From the NCBI GenBank assembly GCA_033442325.1, contig JAWQFM010000007.1, positions 931,460-995,459 of the forward strand: 64,000 nucleotides of DNA, in the 5' to 3' direction. This stretch comes from Salpingoeca rosetta (Eukaryota > Protista > Choanoflagellata). The translations under genes and the position numbers were made by a program. Positions 62,094 to 64,000 of this stretch are shown here, one piece after another; within the stretch, counting starts at the first letter, position 1, and every line of letters begins with the position of its first letter. The notes beneath the pieces were generated by a model that saw nothing but the letters and a program-made list of their open reading frames with translations, was not told where the DNA came from and made no database searches.

Positions 62094-62290
62094 CGTCGGT
62101 CTTGATTGGTGAGAGATGGATGTGTTGATGTGTGACCGAGTGTGTGACAGATGTGAGACTCAGCAAGGAAACAAGGGTGAGTGTGGTGTGTGCGATAACT
62201 GCTGGCTGGCTGCCTGCCACTGACAAACGCAAGCAACAGCAACAAACGTGGCAGTTTCACATTTTGTGGTGTCGCAAAGAAACTCTCAAG

Positions 62291-63858
62291 ATGACGTGCG
62301 TCGTTGTTTTGGGTGTGTTGGGTGTGTTGCTTCGCTGACGGTGATGGGTGCCGGCTTGATCTCTCACTCCCTCACGCTCTCCTCACGCGCTCTCACCCCG
62401 ACTTGGCGTTTGTGTTGTTGATCTCACTAACAGTGACACACGCGAGCGTCTGGACACGTTGGGCAGCCAGGTGAGATGGTGAAGGGCAGGCGCTGTCGCG
62501 ATGTGCTCCGTGTGTGTGTGTGTGTTTGTGTGTGACATGCTGGCTGGAGGTGAGATGCATTGACACGACACTATTGCTTCGTGTTGATCGCGGCGTGTCG
62601 CGCGGCATGCAATGGACTGATGCGTGTGGCTGTATGGTTGCTTCGTTTGGCTTGTTTGGCAGGTTGATCCTGCAGCTCGGCAGCTCGTGGACACGCTGCT
62701 TCAATTCAGCGGGGAACCTGCACGCCTCGAGAAGCAACGTTCACAATGTATGTGTATCTGTGCTTGTGTCTGTATGCGTGTGTCTGTATGCGTGTGTCTG
62801 TGTGCAACTGCCCACACACTCTCTGTCTCTCTCTTTTGCCTCTGTGTCTGTGTGTCTGTCTCTCTCTCGCACGCGCGCGCAGTCTCGCTGTTTCGTCTCT
62901 CTGCAGCTCGTGCCTATTCACATTCTCAAACTCACTCTTACCCGTGCAACTTCCGCTGTCACCGCTGCGCTGCTGTTGCGCCGCTGCCTTTCCAGTTGCC
63001 CCTGTCGTCAACTTTGACATGCTTCCCACACGGCAACAGCAATGGCAGGTTGTCTTGGATGCCTGCAAAGGCATTGAAGAGGACTTGCAGGTGTCCTTGA
63101 CGATTCCGCGCAACACAAAGGTGAACTGCACAGCCAAGCTTGCATCGTCCACACACACACTCTCTCTCACACACACGCACGCACACACACTCACACACTC
63201 GCACACACTCTTTCACACACTCACGCACGAACACACTCACCCACTCACTCACTCGCACACTCACTCACTCACTCATTCGCACACTCACACACTCTCTCTC
63301 ACTCGCACACTCACTCACTCACCCCAAGCAGAGACGAAAGTCAAGGAAGCGGTCCTCGCAGGCATTTCTGGCGTCAGAGGCCAAGGCAGCACAAGCTGCA
63401 TCACCGCAAGTGCAGCGCGCACACAGCTTCCTTCTGGACCCAGACGACCTTGAAGCCGCGGCAGACAGTAACGCCCACAACACAAGCACTAGTCCCATCG
63501 CGCGTGCGCTTCGCCAAGCCTCGTCGCCCCAGCAGCAACAGCAAGAAGGCGTTCCGGCTTATGAGCAGGCGCGGTTCTCCCAAGCGCCCAATCCATCATC
63601 AGCATCAGCGCGCCAGCAACTCCCAACCGCACCGCCAAGCACACAGCAGCAGCAGCAGCAGCAAGGCGTCAACTCTGACCACAGTGAAGCCGACGACGCC
63701 GTGGACGACGGCTACTCGCGATTGCGCGCCGACAGTGCTGCACATTCAAACGCCTCTGATCCGTACTCACGCGTACGGTCACCAACGCCAAAGACCACCG
63801 TCTCGCTTGACAGCTACTACGAGACATCACTCGACATTGACCTGCACGAATTCAAGTG
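62291..63858 (+). CDS. Partial gene running off the window: disordered Tyr-motif protein, possibly an SH2 adaptor
   Basis: In-frame splice ATGAC|T: MTDTRERLDTLGSQ|VDPAARQLVDTLLQF..|FAPVVNFDML..|QRRKSRKRSS..DDGYSRL..DPYSRV..DSYYETSLDIDLHEFK-TG|intron. The ending resembles the approach to an SH2 W[FY]HG start. Confidence 0.6.
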
Positions 63859-63889
63859 GTACGAATATGCTGCCTTCTGTCGCTTGCGA

Positions 63890-63979
<90 letters not shown>

Positions 63980-64000
63980 GCGCGTGTGTGTGTCGTCGTC

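Overview
Intron-rich, gene-dense eukaryotic DNA in which most introns carry (CA)n/(TG)n microsatellites. Gene content (tyrosine-kinase-type domain, Abi, PACSIN, BAR-RhoGAP, MYPT-like) and sequence style suggest a unicellular holozoan, most likely a choanoflagellate such as Salpingoeca rosetta (inference, not checked). I spliced the genes by hand from GT..AG sites and reading-frame continuity; most short entries in the ORF track are microsatellite artefacts. There are about 15 protein-coding loci: a 3' gene fragment, an HSF transcription factor, a multi-EF-hand protein (EFCAB6-like), Abi, a secreted EGF/mucin protein with a duplicated Cys-rich domain I cannot assign, RPL35, PACSIN, an intronless tail-anchored protein, a BAR-RhoGAP, an ankyrin PP1 regulator (MYPT-like), a nucleoplasmin-like FKBP, a tyrosine pseudokinase, NXF1, Tudor-SN and a partial Tyr-motif adaptor. 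Five gene pairs are head-to-head and there are two assembly gaps. I recognised no tRNA, rRNA, CRISPR array or transposon. Main leads: (1) introns with (TG)n at the donor and complementary (CA)n at the acceptor, often with no polypyrimidine tract, a possible structure-guided splicing system; (2) the NXF1 110-nt exon followed by an intron at the position of the animal retained cassette intron, with an immediate in-frame stop; (3) the near-symmetric secreted mucin/EGF protein; (4) the pseudokinase scaffold; (5) the tail-anchored PKA/PP2A-B56 motif scaffold.
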